A stretch of DNA of 64,000 nucleotides from contig NC_057749.1 in the NCBI RefSeq assembly GCF_004010195.1, forward strand, positions 17,781,597 to 17,845,596, given 5' to 3'. Shown here in pieces: positions 46,956 through 59,767 of this stretch. A model generated the notes under the pieces. The model was not told where the DNA came from. It ran no database searches and saw nothing but the letters and a program-made list of their open reading frames with translations. Positions within the stretch are counted from its first letter, which is position 1. Every line of letters starts with the position of its first letter. Position numbers and translations under genes: made by a program. Source of the stretch: Chiloscyllium plagiosum. Taxonomy: Eukaryota.

Positions 46956-48869
46956 ACATCAGAATGAGGCAGGAGCAAATAAATTTCAATGAACAATTCT
47001 GATTGCTCACTCTCAGGCCTTTCTAGCAAAGGGTAAATCAAACAAAAGGTAGATTTGTCATTTGCTTTCTCTTATCTTGAACTGTTATGAACATTTCTAA
47101 TCCACTGCCTTTTCACAGTGACACTGAGTAAGTGCTACTTCCTGTGGTCTGGCTGTGTTGACATTGTCATGCTGCAGTGAACAGGAAGACCCGGTCTGTG
47201 TAAACTGGAGGAAGAGGGGAAAAGCAGCAGGTTCTTAATCCTGGAGGAGGAATTGTCTGATGTTTACTTTATTTGGACAAGAAAGTGAGTCATTAGTGTC
47301 CTCAAATGTTGTCCCAGTACAACCTGTCTGGACCACTCCCTTCCTCTCCAGACCTGGAAATCTCAAGGGAATTATAGCTGAGGGAGTCATTCTGTCCATT
47401 CAGAAAGACCCTCCATTCTCCAATTGGTTTTTAAAATGATACCACACTCTGGACATTGGGCCCATCTCTCTATTCTCATCGGGTGAAGTGGAGCGTTCAA
47501 GTCTCCATTCAGAAATGTTCTATGTTATAGTCTGGAGCCTGTGTTTTACTGCCCTATCCTTGGACTTTTGATGTTTAGGCATGTCCCTAATTTACTATTC
47601 TCGTATCTTTAAATGCCATGTACCTGCATAAGCTCAGGTCTTGCCATCTCTAACGTCCTATTCAGGTCTACACCCTCATTATTCACCTCATGGACACCCC
47701 ACTCACTCTCTCTGTTCCCCCCAGTTCTTGAATGTCATTACTTTGTAACCAGAACTGCATGAGATATTCTCCCTGTAGCCTAACCAGAATCTGAAACAGA
47801 TTGACTGATGACTTTCTCTGAGTTGGACCTGTGGTTTCATGATACACTTTAGTGCTCAGTTTGTATTGTTGTGTGTTGCTTTGTAATTGTTGGCAGCGTC
47901 CAGCCTGGGCTCCTGGTTCTCCTCTAACTTCATTGATGTTGAGCCATTTCCCCACAACTTACAGAATTCACATCTTGCTCCTTTCTGCAGCTAACAGTGA
48001 GGGTTTGCCTCCCTGTCATCTCCTGCCCATTGTTTCAGAGCTGCTTGCACTGCTTCCACCCTGTTCTCTAGGTCATCAGCAACCTTGACCACTTCACATT
48101 CCAGGTTCTGTGCTCAGGACAAATGAGAAACAGTCATAGCTGCTGTCCTAGCCTGGGCACTAACACCTTACTCTCAATCTGTCCCTATCCTGCCACTTGC
48201 TTTGACAGTGCATCTATCACAGGCTTTTCAGGAAGTTCTTTCTGGATTCCTGGCCTTTGGTTTGAAATCCCCCACACCATTCCAAAAGGAAAACACTGCT
48301 TATGCTGGAAATCTGAAATCAGAATAAAAATAACTGGAAAAACTCATCAGGTTTAGGTGAGAAAGCTCTCCACAGATGCCTGCTGAGTTCCTCCAGCATT
48401 GCTTGTTCTTAACCCAGGAGCTTACATCTCAAGTAGGTCTAAACCAGACACCTCAAGGAAGTCCCAGTGTAGCGCCACAGGCCGTTCCAGAGTCATCCTT
48501 TCTCTAACCTCTATCCATGGAATATTTTCTCTTCAAGTTGCTGCCTATCTTGTTGGGGACATTGTCCAATGTCTCCATGTTAGATGGTGCATGGGGGCAG
48601 GACAGTCAACTGTGGACAAAGCACACCCGAATCTAGTGCCCATCCTCACTCAATATCCACAGCAGGGAGGAGGGGATCCCAGTAGATCACTTGGATGGTG
48701 GATCTCTAACCCTCACTTGGGCGTACTCTATTACTCAAGCTTGGCTCTGCTAATGCAGTGGATCCATGAGAAACAGGTGCAGGAGGAGGTAATTTAGCTC
48801 TACAGTGGCTGATCCTCTACTTTCCCGTTTTCCTTCATTAGCCCCATAACCCTGGTCTGCTTTTGATTT

Positions 48870-49335
48870 AGAAATCTCTTGATCTCACCTGATAACGCAA
48901 TCTCCGCAGCTGTCTGGGGTAGAGAATTCTAAAGATGTCCCAACCCTCTGAGGGAAGAGCCTGTTCCTCATTGCACCCTAAACAGTTTGTCCCTGATTTG
49001 GAGACTGTGCTCCCTGGTCTTAGATTCCCCATCAGCCTTGTATCAATCTATCAATTGCATAAGAATCTTGTTTGTATTAGAGCAGCCCTCATTCTTTTAA
49101 CCTCCAGAGAATATAGGTGTAAGTCTATTTCACATTTCCTTGTAGGACATCCCCTCACCCCAGGAATTAGATTGACAGGAGTTTATTGCATTGCCTCTAT
49201 GGCAAGTATACCTATTCATAAGGAGAGCAAAACTGCAAACAATAGTCCAAATTCAGTCTCACCAAGGCCCTCTATAAGTCATCTTTATTCCTATACTCAA
49301 ATCCTCTTGTACTAAAGGCCAATGTACCTTTTGTC
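48870..49335 (-). mobile_element. Old CR1 3' fragment
   Basis: ggggtagagaattctaaagat...cctctgagggaagag...; reverse CR1 C-terminal pattern. Confidence 0.65.
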
Positions 49336-50029
49336 GCCTTAATAGCTCGCGACCTTTCTCATACTCAGGACACCGTTCCCCAGCAAAGCTTTCCAGCAAA
49401 TTGCCTGTGACATTTTAACCATTTTTTTTTCCTTTGGCTGTCCTTTTAGATGTGAATCTGTGATCTCCTAAGAGAAGTGTTCAATCCGGAAGCTGAAATC
49501 TTCATTTCACACTCTGTCCACAGGCACCTCCTGGTTGCAAATTAAAACTGGAACTGATGCAAATTTATACCGACCCTCTTGTGTCTTGTGTTTGGCATTT
49601 TTGCAATATGCACAGTGCCAGGTTCCCTGTGTACATGTCAATGCAGACCCTACCAAGCTGTAATGAATAGTTTAATATTTGGAAAGGGTAAGGGGGTGTT
49701 ACCTTACTGATGCTGATGCTTGGTTTCCTGATTGTTTTTACACCCTCAATGTTTGTCTTGGAATTAATTGAACATCATACAATAAGGTTTTTAAAATATA
49801 TGAAACCTCACAAAGGACTGCAAAAGATGCCAACAGCCTGGCAGAGATTTAACCAGCAGTGCCTGAGGAAACAGAGAAGCCTCAGGTGAGGAAAAGGAAC
49901 AAGGAAACTGGAGTGACAGACAGACACAGCAACAGGTTATGGTTTTCTTCTGTATATGGTTCATGAGGATGATCGAAGCATCTCTTATCGACATTGTGAG
50001 GATTCCTGGCATCTGCTTTTGGCTTGATT

Positions 50030-50760
50030 TCATTGATTGTTGTCACATGGTCCGAGATGCAGTGAGCTGTTTGGCAGGTTGTACCATACAAACTGCATCA
50101 GGGTAGCAGACCGGAGTGCAGAATACAGTGTTACAGTCACTGAGAAGGTGCAGAGAGAGAGAGAGAGAGAGATCAACATTAATATTTGAGAATTCCATTC
50201 AAAAATCTGCAAACAGCGGGGAAGAAGCTGTTCTTGAATCTGTTCAATGGAAGAGGGATTGGAAGAGAGTATACCAGGGTGGGAGGGCTCTGTGATGATG
50301 TTGGTTGCTTCCCTGAGGCAGTAGGAAGGGTAGACAGAGCCAATGAATGGAAGGTTGGTTTGTATGAGGGACTGGGCTGTGTTCACAACTCTCTGCAGTT
50401 TCTTGTGGTCCTGGGCAGAGCAGTTGCCATACTGAGCCATGGTGCACCCAGATCAGAAGCTGTCTATGGTGCATCTACAAAAATTGGTCAGAGTCCTTGT
50501 GGATATGCTGAATTTCCCTAGCCTCCTGAGGAAGTAGAGATGTTGTTGTGCTTTCTTGACCAGAGTGCCAACTTAGGTGGACCAGGACAGACTGTCGGTG
50601 ATCGTCACTCACAGGAACCTGACCCTCTCAACCATCTCCACCGCAGACAGGACATGTCCTCCACTCTGTTCCCTGAAGTTAATGCCCAGCTCCTTCGTTT
50701 TGCTGAGGTTGATGGAGAAATTGTTATCTTTACGCCACGTCACCAGACACCCCATCTCTT
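50030..50760 (-). mobile_element. Rex1/Babar-like LINE 3' end
   Basis: ORF 50030..50440 YGNCSAQDHKKLQRVVNTAQSLIQTNLPFI...NIITEPSHPG. Confidence 0.88.
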
Positions 50761-51404
50761 TCCGGCTCACAATCAATTTTAATTTCCCACCCTGGTGGAA
50801 GTCAGTAGTGGCTTACTTATTTCCCTCTCTCTGTATGAATCTTCACTGGGTTCACCAGAGAGCAGAGTTGGGCATGGGCATGGCCATGGGCTTTAGTCTG
50901 CTGCTTCCCAAAGCCCTCACTCTATCCCTGACTGCTGGGAGTGAAAATCACTCCGTTTCAGTATTGCCAAGAAATGGACCCATTTAGATCATTCAAGCCC
51001 CATTATGTTTCCATTAAGGGGTCACCCTCTTGTAAACTCTAGAATAAAGATTGTTAGAAGCAGTGTTACACTGGAGAAAGCAAGTTGGTGAAGTGGGCTG
51101 AAGGCAATTGCTGTTTCAGTTTTATATTTATTTACAGCGTGGAACATTATAAGCATACACCTCCTGACTTGACCACACGTCAGTTCAGACATGGATTCTT
51201 GTATCTGCATAAGTTAAACCTCAATGAATACTCACCATTTGTCTATAATTAAACACAATTAATGATCAACAACACCCTGAGATGTATTTGTTAATGAACA
51301 CTAATCCTGCCCACTTATCCTCAGTGGGAAAATGGGTGGATGGAGTATTAATGAATAGGGAAAAGAATTGTAGGAGCAAATTACTGCAGCCGCTGGAATC
51401 TGGA

Positions 51405-51950
51405 CTGAAAACAATAAATGCTGGAGATGACGATGAGTCAGGCAGCGTCCATGGAGAGAGAGAGAGAGAGAGAGCTAACTAGATGACTCTTCATCAGCTC
51501 TGAAGTGAAGTGAAGTGTGGTGGGGCAGTTTTTATATTGTAGTTGAGGAGGAGGGTGTGTGGGATGATGAGGTGTGGAATGCTGGGGGAGAAAGGACATT
51601 GATAGTTTAGATTAAGCGATTGGAATGTGGGAATGGCAGAACAATGGTGTGTCTAACCACCAGACTAGGAAGATCAGACAGTCCCCACTGGAGTGAGGGA
51701 AGGGGAGAGAGGGTGACAGAGTACAAGCAAAGCTAAAGGAAAGGAAAGGAATGGCTTGACAATCTGAAGGTGTTGAACTCAATACTGAGTGCAGAAGGCT
51801 AGAAACAGCCTAGTCTGAAGATGAGGTGTTATTCCAGCAGTTGTGCTGGGATTCACTGGAACACTGCAGCATGCCGAGGACAGATTCTGGGTGTGTGAGC
51901 AGGGCACTGTGTTACAATGACCAGCTATGGGAAGGTTGGGGTCCTCCAAA
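51405..51950 (-). mobile_element. Diverged PLE 3' end
   Basis: aaaacaataaatgctggagat...tcaggcagcgtccatggagagag terminus. ORF 51779..51991 NLPIAGHCN... is a frameshifted GIY-YIG C-terminal remnant. Confidence 0.65.
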
Positions 51951-52279
51951 TGTTGTCCAGTGTCTGTCTCCCATACTCCCTCCGCGCCCACATTGGTAGA
52001 AAGGTGTGGGGCAAGGAGCCAGGTGAGTTGATGCCACCCTCAGCCCAGGTGCCCGGCTGTCTCAGATGATTGAGCACTCTCTGGGAATTAGCATCCTGTG
52101 TGCTGACACACAGAGAGTCATTGCTGGGAGATCAAAGGGGGTAATACTGAGCCACTGCACAATCACCTGAGATCGAGTCATTCAGGCACAGATGCAGAGA
52201 GAGCAAGAAACTTTAATCCTATCTCCTTAACTGGAGGGAAAGAAAAGGCAGGGAGAGGGAAACAGCTCAGAATCAAACC

Positions 52280-52552
52280 TGATATTCTGGTCTCCCTGCT
52301 ATAGGAAGGCTGTAACGAAATTTGAAGGGGTTCAAGAAAAGATTTACAAAGATGTTGCCAGGGTTGGAGGGTTTGAGCGCTGGTACAATTGCAACATTTG
52401 AAAGGCATCTGGATGGGTATATGAAAAGGAAGGGTTTAGAGCGATACGGGCCAAGTGCTGGCCAATGGGACAAGATTAATTTAGGATATCTGTTTGGCAT
52501 GGGGGAGTTGGACTGAAGGGTCTGTTTTCCATGCTGTATATCTGTATGACTC
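52280..52552 (+). mobile_element. HER1/CR1 3' end with internal deletion
   Basis: KRFTKMLPGLEGLS is joined directly to AGTIATFERHLDGYM; compare 46388-46955. Confidence 0.88.
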
Positions 52553-53129
52553 ACTGTCCTACCATACCCAGCATGAGGATGATGATCAGATTACTGTACC
52601 TAACAGTGGTGTGGAAATGGCCTGTTCTGAATGACATTGCCTTTGGTCATTTGAGGGGTTTGATGAATGAATGTGAGAACAACACCCCGTGCTTTTATTG
52701 ATAAACCGGTGCCTGATGAATGACGATATCTTGCAGCTGAAGCATTCTTCAGCAAAAGCAGCTGATGGATGATGAAATGGCTCTTGTCAGACAAGAAACA
52801 GAGAAAGATTTCAGAAGCTCAGTGACCCATGCAGGAATACAGGCTCCATATGCAGCACATCAGAAACAATTATTCCAAAAGAAGACACAGCACATCTTTT
52901 CCGGGAACACTGGCTTGGCAATGACAAAAACCGGCCTTGGAAAGCAAACCAATGTAAACACTGACTCTCCTCAATAGCACACGCTTTAACATCGATCACC
53001 GAAAAGAGGTTCTGTCTGTGCTGTCAGTCTGATAGCAAGGCATTCTCCACAAGCTTCACTTTCTTATTACGTTTCATACACATCAGCTCCATTCCTACAA
53101 CAATCAATCTCTCAACGTTTTACCCTCCA

Positions 53130-53348
53130 AATTCCTGAAGGTGCTGACTCTCAGTGGGACACAGTTCCTGAAGGGGCTGACTCTCACTGGGATACAGTTC
53201 CTGAAGGTGCTGACTCTCACTGGGAGAGAGTTCCTGAAGGTGCTGACTCTCACTGGGAGAGAGTTCCTGAAGGTGCTGACTCTCACTGGGATACAGTTCC
53301 TGAAGGGGCTGACTCTCACTGGGATACAGTTTCTGAAGATGCTGTCTC
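53130..53348. repeat. 33-bp minisatellite, ~6.5 units
   Basis: Unit TTCCTGAAGGTGCTGACTCTCACTGGGATACAG with variants. Confidence 0.95.
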
Positions 53349-54199
53349 TCATGGTGATTTCCAGGCTGGAAGAGGCCTGATTGCTTCTCTATATCTTGTT
53401 CCCAACCCCAAGCCATTCCAATACCTAAGGGCCATTCACATGAGTGTTGGCAAAAATCTTTTGTCATTGATATTCCACAAACCAATCAGCTTCTTGTGGC
53501 GAACCACAGCTCCATCTGTACCTAACCAGCTCGGATTCAGTTGCCTGCAACACTGCTGTCAGCTACAGCTGTGTAAACACAGTTCACAATGATGGTCAGG
53601 TTACTGTTATGCAATCATCCAGAAATCCATGGGCTTTATTCCTGTTTTTTTCTCCCATCATTCACAGTTGAAAAATACAAGAATAAAAAGATACAAACTT
53701 CCAATAGATTGGGATTTTCTTGAATTCATTTTCATGCTTCAGATATCTATGGGGATGCTGCCCTGTGTTTCTACTGGAAAGCTGCATTGAAGCACAGCAG
53801 CTGAAGGTGCTCCCAATGGTCTGGGGAAGGAGGGCTTCCCAGGTTTGAACTCAGGAACTACAGGGTAAAGGAAGCATGCCTTTACTGTGAGTACAACAAC
53901 CAGCACATGCAGGAGCAGCTAGGCCATACTGATATCCAGGAATCACCAATCCCAGCACAACTCCTGGCTCCATACCCCACACCTGACCACTGCCTGGTTT
54001 TGCCTCCCCAGTTGAGTACAGAGGCCCTGTTGGTCACCTGAAGTCTTGGATACTGGACCTGACATGTCCCCATCCCAAGCCCCCGTGACCGTCCAATTGC
54101 ATGGATGTGGAGACTGGCTCTATTGATCTGCAGGTAATCTTACCACTCTCTGTCTAATGTGCTGTTTGATAAAACCTGCTCACTTACAAGACTTACTAT

Positions 54200-54382
54200 C
54201 TCTAAGTTGCCCGTAGTGTTAGGTGAAGGGGTAAATGTAGGGGAATGGGTCTGGGTGGGTTGCTCTTCGGAGGGTCGGTGTGGACTTGTTGGGCCGAAGG
54301 GCCTGTTTCCACACTGTAAGTAATCTCTAAATCTCTAATCTCTAAAAATCTCTAACCTCTAAGTAATCTCTAATCTCTAAAA
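54200..54382 (+). mobile_element. 5'-truncated HE1 SINE 3' half with expanded tail
   Basis: ctaagttgcccgtagtgttaggtgaaggggtaaatg...ccacactgtaag(taatctc)n. Confidence 0.88.
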
Positions 54383-54389
54383 ATAAGAC

Positions 54390-54732
54390 TTCAGGTAGTT
54401 TATAAAATCACGAGGGGCATAGATAGAGTTAATGGTAGTTGTTTTTTTCCCTAGGATGGGGAATTTTCATATTTAAGGTGGGGGGGGAGAGACTTAAAAA
54501 AGACACAAGGGGAAAGGTTTTTACACAGAGGGTGGTTCATGTGTGGAATGAGCTTCCTGAGGAAGTGGTGGATGTGGGTACAGTTACAACGTTTAAAAGA
54601 CATTTACATAAGTGCATGCATAGAAAAGGTTTAGAGGGCCAGGAGTAGGCAGGTGGGAGTAGTTTAGTTTCGGATTATGTTCTGGTTGGATCGAAGGGTC
54701 TGTTTCAATGCTACATGACTTATGACTATGTA
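54390..54732 (+). mobile_element. CR1 3' end
   Basis: ORF 54439..54648 FKVGGERLKKDTRGKVFTQRVVHVWNELPEEVV. Confidence 0.88.
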
Positions 54733-54866
54733 GATCTCACTACTACTACAGTCACTTCTGAATGAACACTGGTTATTACCAAGTGTATAATTGGCTGGTG
54801 ATATTGTATCTGCTGCTGATGTCAGCTGGGTGCACGGTCTCTCTTTTGCTCTATTTGAACCGGAGT

Positions 54867-56114
54867 TGTGATAAAAGTTCATAATATAACGTTCTTTAGG
54901 AACTTAGGTTTGAAAGTAAAGGTGTATTGGTTTTGGTTTTCAGTTTCCGTGAAGGTAACTATTTTTTTTTAGGGTGAGAAACTCCCCTTTTCCAGCAGTG
55001 GGTCGAAACAAAATTTCCAAGAAGTCGTGTGACTTCAGCTAAGTAACTGGCCATGTTACCTGGTGAGATCGTTGAGATCAGTAACTGGCCATGTTACCTG
55101 GTGAGATCGTTGAGATCAGTAACTGGTTAGGTTGCCTGGTGAGATCATTGCTGAAGATTTCTCAAAGGACAGGAAGAGAGGCCAGGCGCCAGAAGAGAAA
55201 ACCCATCCCAGCATCTTTGGTGTTTAGAGCCACAAAAGTATTCAAAGTCAGAGAAAACTCAGTGAATTTAACCAGTCTGTGTGTCTCAGGGAGAAATGGC
55301 TAGAATCACATCAAGTGCAAAAAAAAAGCAAGGGTTTGACCAATTCTGAAATGGATAAGAAATTTAAATGTAATGACAGGAGGAATACTTCATTGGGGTT
55401 GAGTGGTTGTACAGGATATTGTTGGGAAAAAAATAGTTAAATCTTTCTCTTCACTGATTAATTATAAAATCTTTCAAATTTATATTTTTTAGCTTTGTCT
55501 TTATAATTTTTTTTATTTATTCATTTGTGGGATGTGAGTGTCACTGGCTGGGCCCAGCATTTATTGCCCTGTCCCTAGTTGCCCCTTGAGAAGGTGGGAG
55601 TGAACTCCCTTCTTGAACCATTGCAGTCCATGTGCTGTGGGTAGACCCACAATGCCCTTAGGGAGGGAATTCCAGGATTTTGACCCAGTGACACTGAAGG
55701 AACGGCGATATATTTCCAAGTCAGGATGGTGAGGGACTTGGAGGGGAACTTGCAGGGGACAGTGTTCCCATGTATCTGCTGCCCTTGTCCTTCTAGATGG
55801 AAGTGGGCATGGGTTTGGAAGGTGCTGGCTTGGGACTTTCTGCAGTGTATCTTGTAGATAATACATCTGCTGCTACTGAGCATCAGTGGTGGAGACAATG
55901 GATGCCTGTGGATGTTGCACCAATATGTAACTTGTTTCTTTTTGTTTTCATTTGTATAATAATATTATGGTGCTTGTTGTTAAAGATACATTCATAGCCT
56001 TGTGCCAGTAACTTCAGTGACCAAGTGGCAACAATAAAACATATGGTCTATCAGGCCAGATTTCACTCTGAGATTTGGGTCTTGTCCAGTATTATCGTCA
56101 GCTGCAGTATAACA
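54867..56114 (+). mobile_element. Solo LTR (gypsy-type) with nested LINE fragment
   Basis: TGTGATA...TATAACA near-inverted termini, flanks gagt/cagt (3/4 TSD match), aataaa near 56032, and an internal ~38-bp tandem duplication at ~55043-55146. Confidence 0.6.
55510..55925 (-). mobile_element. L2/Crack-superfamily LINE 3' end
   Basis: ORF 55561..55866 ...RSFSVTGSKSWNSLPKGIVG...LQWFKKGVHSHLLKG. Confidence 0.8.
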
Positions 56115-56718
56115 CAGTAAACATCTTTGTCAATGACTTGCAGCATTTACTCCCACAGCTATTCACACAATTCTTTTTTATTAAGCAAAGATGCATGATA
56201 GAGGTCAACAGCTTTCCAAAAACAACTCAATGTCTCTTGTTGAAATCTCCATATCAAATTTAATCAAAATCTCAGTAAGGAGGTGACACAGGAACAATTG
56301 AAATGCAATTCATTCTATCGCAGAAGCTTATTAACGTCTAACGTCTGCTCAACTGGCTGCAAAGAAAAGATTTTCAATGATCATCACCTCTCCTTTTCAA
56401 TTCCTCTGGATAATTTAGCCAATTTCCCGCATTAATATCTCTGAGGAAGGAACTAACATAGAAATGCTTTACTTCTGCTCAAGCTGGAGTTTAGGTTTCT
56501 GGGGAGGTGGAAATCGTTCGATTCAATGTGTTTCCACAAAGTGGCATCTGGCACAGCAAATGCCTTCTTCCTTCCGTTTCCAACTGAGCTGTGATTTTTC
56601 CGCTTCATTAGAGTGAGGGAATTCGTCCAAAGGAATTCGTCCCGTATCAGATTCCACACTAGTGCTTCACCCTGAGCAGCTCCCTCTACTCTTTAAAACA
56701 GAAAGTGAATGTCTTTCA

Positions 56719-57698
56719 ACACTGTCCCCCGTCAAACACTCCCAGGACAGGGACAGCACGGGGTTAGATACAGAGTAAAGCTCCCTCTACACTGTACCCC
56801 ATCAAACACTCTCAGGACAGCGACAGGACAAGGTTAGATACAGAGTAAAGCTGCCTCTACACTGTCCCCATCAAACACTCCCAGGACAGCGACAGCACGG
56901 GGTTAGATACAGAGTAAAGCTCACTCTACACTGTCCCCCATCAAACATTCCCAGGACAGGGACAGTACAGGATTAGATACAGAGTAAAGCTCTCTCTACA
57001 CTGTCCCCCATCAAACACTCCCAGGGACAGGGACAGCACAGGATTAGATACAGAATAAAGCTCTCTCGAAACTGTTCCCCATCAAACAATCCCAGAGACA
57101 GGGACAGCACAGGGTTAGATACAGAGTAAAGCTGCCTCTACACTGTCCCCCAACAAACACTCCAAGAGATAGGGACAGCACAGGGTTAGATACAGAGTAA
57201 AGCTGCCTCTACCCTGTCCCCCATCAAACACTCCCAGGACAGCGACAGGACAAGGTTAGATACAGAGTAAAGCTGCCTCTACACTGTCCCCCATCCAACA
57301 CTCCCAGGACAGCGACAGCACGGGGTTAGATACAGAGTAAAGCTCCGTCTACACTGTCCCCCATCAAACACTCCCAGGACAGGGACAGCACGGGGTTCGA
57401 TACAGAGTAAAGCTCTCTCTACACTGTCCCCATCAAATACTCCCAGGACAGGACAGCACAGGGTTAGATACAGAGTAAAGCTGCCTCTACCCTGTCCCCC
57501 ATCAAACACTCCCAGGACAGGAACAGCACGGGGTTAGATACAGAGTAAAGCTCCGTCTACACTGTCCCCATCAAACACTCCCAGGACAGGGACAGCACAG
57601 GGTTAGATACAGAGTAAAGCTCCATCTACACTGTCCCCCATCAAACACTCCCAGGACAGGGACAGCACGGGTTAGATACAGAGTAAAGTTCCCTCTAC
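56719..57698. repeat. ~69-bp satellite array (second copy, runs into gap)
   Basis: Same unit and orientation as 1460-2562. Confidence 0.97.
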
Positions 57699-58198
57699 NN
57701 NNNNNNNNNNNNNNNNNNNNNNNNNNNNNNNNNNNNNNNNNNNNNNNNNNNNNNNNNNNNNNNNNNNNNNNNNNNNNNNNNNNNNNNNNNNNNNNNNNNN
57801 NNNNNNNNNNNNNNNNNNNNNNNNNNNNNNNNNNNNNNNNNNNNNNNNNNNNNNNNNNNNNNNNNNNNNNNNNNNNNNNNNNNNNNNNNNNNNNNNNNNN
57901 NNNNNNNNNNNNNNNNNNNNNNNNNNNNNNNNNNNNNNNNNNNNNNNNNNNNNNNNNNNNNNNNNNNNNNNNNNNNNNNNNNNNNNNNNNNNNNNNNNNN
58001 NNNNNNNNNNNNNNNNNNNNNNNNNNNNNNNNNNNNNNNNNNNNNNNNNNNNNNNNNNNNNNNNNNNNNNNNNNNNNNNNNNNNNNNNNNNNNNNNNNNN
58101 NNNNNNNNNNNNNNNNNNNNNNNNNNNNNNNNNNNNNNNNNNNNNNNNNNNNNNNNNNNNNNNNNNNNNNNNNNNNNNNNNNNNNNNNNNNNNNNNNN

Positions 58199-59767
58199 AC
58201 AGGGTTACACACTGTACCCCACAGAGTGACAGGGCTAGATACTGAACCCCATAAAGTGACAGGGTTAGATACTATACCCCACAGAGTGACAGGTTTACAC
58301 ACTGTACCCCACTGAGTGACAGGGTTATACACTGTACCCCACAGAGTGACAGGGCTAGATACTGAACCCCATAAAGTGACAGGGTTAGATACTATACCCC
58401 ACAGAGTGACAGGGTTACACACTGTACCCCACAGAGTGACAGGGCTAGATACTGAACCCCATAAAGTGACAGGGTTAGATACTATACCCCACAGAGTGAC
58501 AGGGTTACACACTGTACCCCACAGAGTGACAGGGCTAGATACTGAACCCCATAAAGTGACAGGGTTAGATACTATACCCCACAGAGTGACAGGGTTACAC
58601 ACTGTACCCCACAGAGTGACAGGGTTACACACTGTACCCCACAGAGTGACAGGGTTACACACTGTACCCCACAGAGTGACAGGGTTACACACTGTACCCC
58701 ACAGAGTGACAGGGTTACACACTGTACCCCACAGAGTGACAGGGTTACACACTGTACCCCACAGAGTGACAGGGTTACACACTGTACCCCACAGAGTGAC
58801 AGGGTTACACACTGTACCCCACAGAGTGACAGGGTTACACACTGTACCCCACAGAGTGACAGGGTTACACACTGTACCCCACAGAGTGACAGGGTTACAC
58901 ACTGTACCCCACAGAGTGACAGGGTTACACACTGTACCCCACAGAGTGACAGGGTTACACACTGTACCCCACAGAGTGACAGGGTTACACACTGTACCCC
59001 ACAGAGTGACAGGGTTACACACTGTACCCCACAGAGTGACAGGGTTACACACTGTACCCCACAGAGTGACAGGGTTACACACTGTACCCCACAGAGTGAC
59101 AGGGTTACACACTGTACCCCACAGAGTGACAGGGTTACACACTGTACCCCACAGAGTGACAGGGTTATACACTGTACCCCACAGAGTGACAGGGTTATAC
59201 ACTGTACCCCACAGAGTGACAGGGTTATACACTGTACCCCACAGAGTGACAGGGTTATACACTGTACCCCACAGAGTGACAGGGTTATACACTGTACCCC
59301 ACAGAGTGACAGGGTTATACACTGTACCCCACAGAGTGACAGGGTTATACACTGTACCCCACAGAGTGACAGGGTTATACACTGTACCCCACAGAGTGAC
59401 AGGGTTATACACTGTACCCCACAGAGTGACAGGGTTATACACTGTACCCCACAGAGTGACAGGGTTATACACTGTACCCCACAGAGTGACAGGGTTATAC
59501 ACTGTACCCCACAGAGTGACAGGGTTATACACTGTACCCCACAGAGTGACAGGGTTATACACTGTACCCCACAGAGTGACAGGGTTATACACTGTACCCC
59601 ACAGAGTGACAGGGTTATACACTGTACCCCACAGAGTGACAGGGTTATACACTGTACCCCACAGAGTGACAGGGTTATACACTGTACCCCACAGAGTGAC
59701 AGGGTTATACACTGTACCCCACAGAGTGACAGGGTTATACACTGTACCCCACAGAGTGACAGGGTTA
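58199..59767. repeat. 30-bp satellite, ~52 units, bounded by gaps
   Basis: Unit ACAGGGTTAYACACTGTACCCCACAGAGTG, with a 90-bp higher-order repeat at the left end. Confidence 0.99.

Noticed and set aside
48400..48700. Possible decayed Harbinger transposase fragment
   Set aside because: The resemblance is faint, with no catalytic motifs or TIRs; I cannot support it.
52765..52977. 70-aa ORF in unique sequence
   Set aside because: No recognisable domain and no convincing splice sites; the length is within chance expectation.
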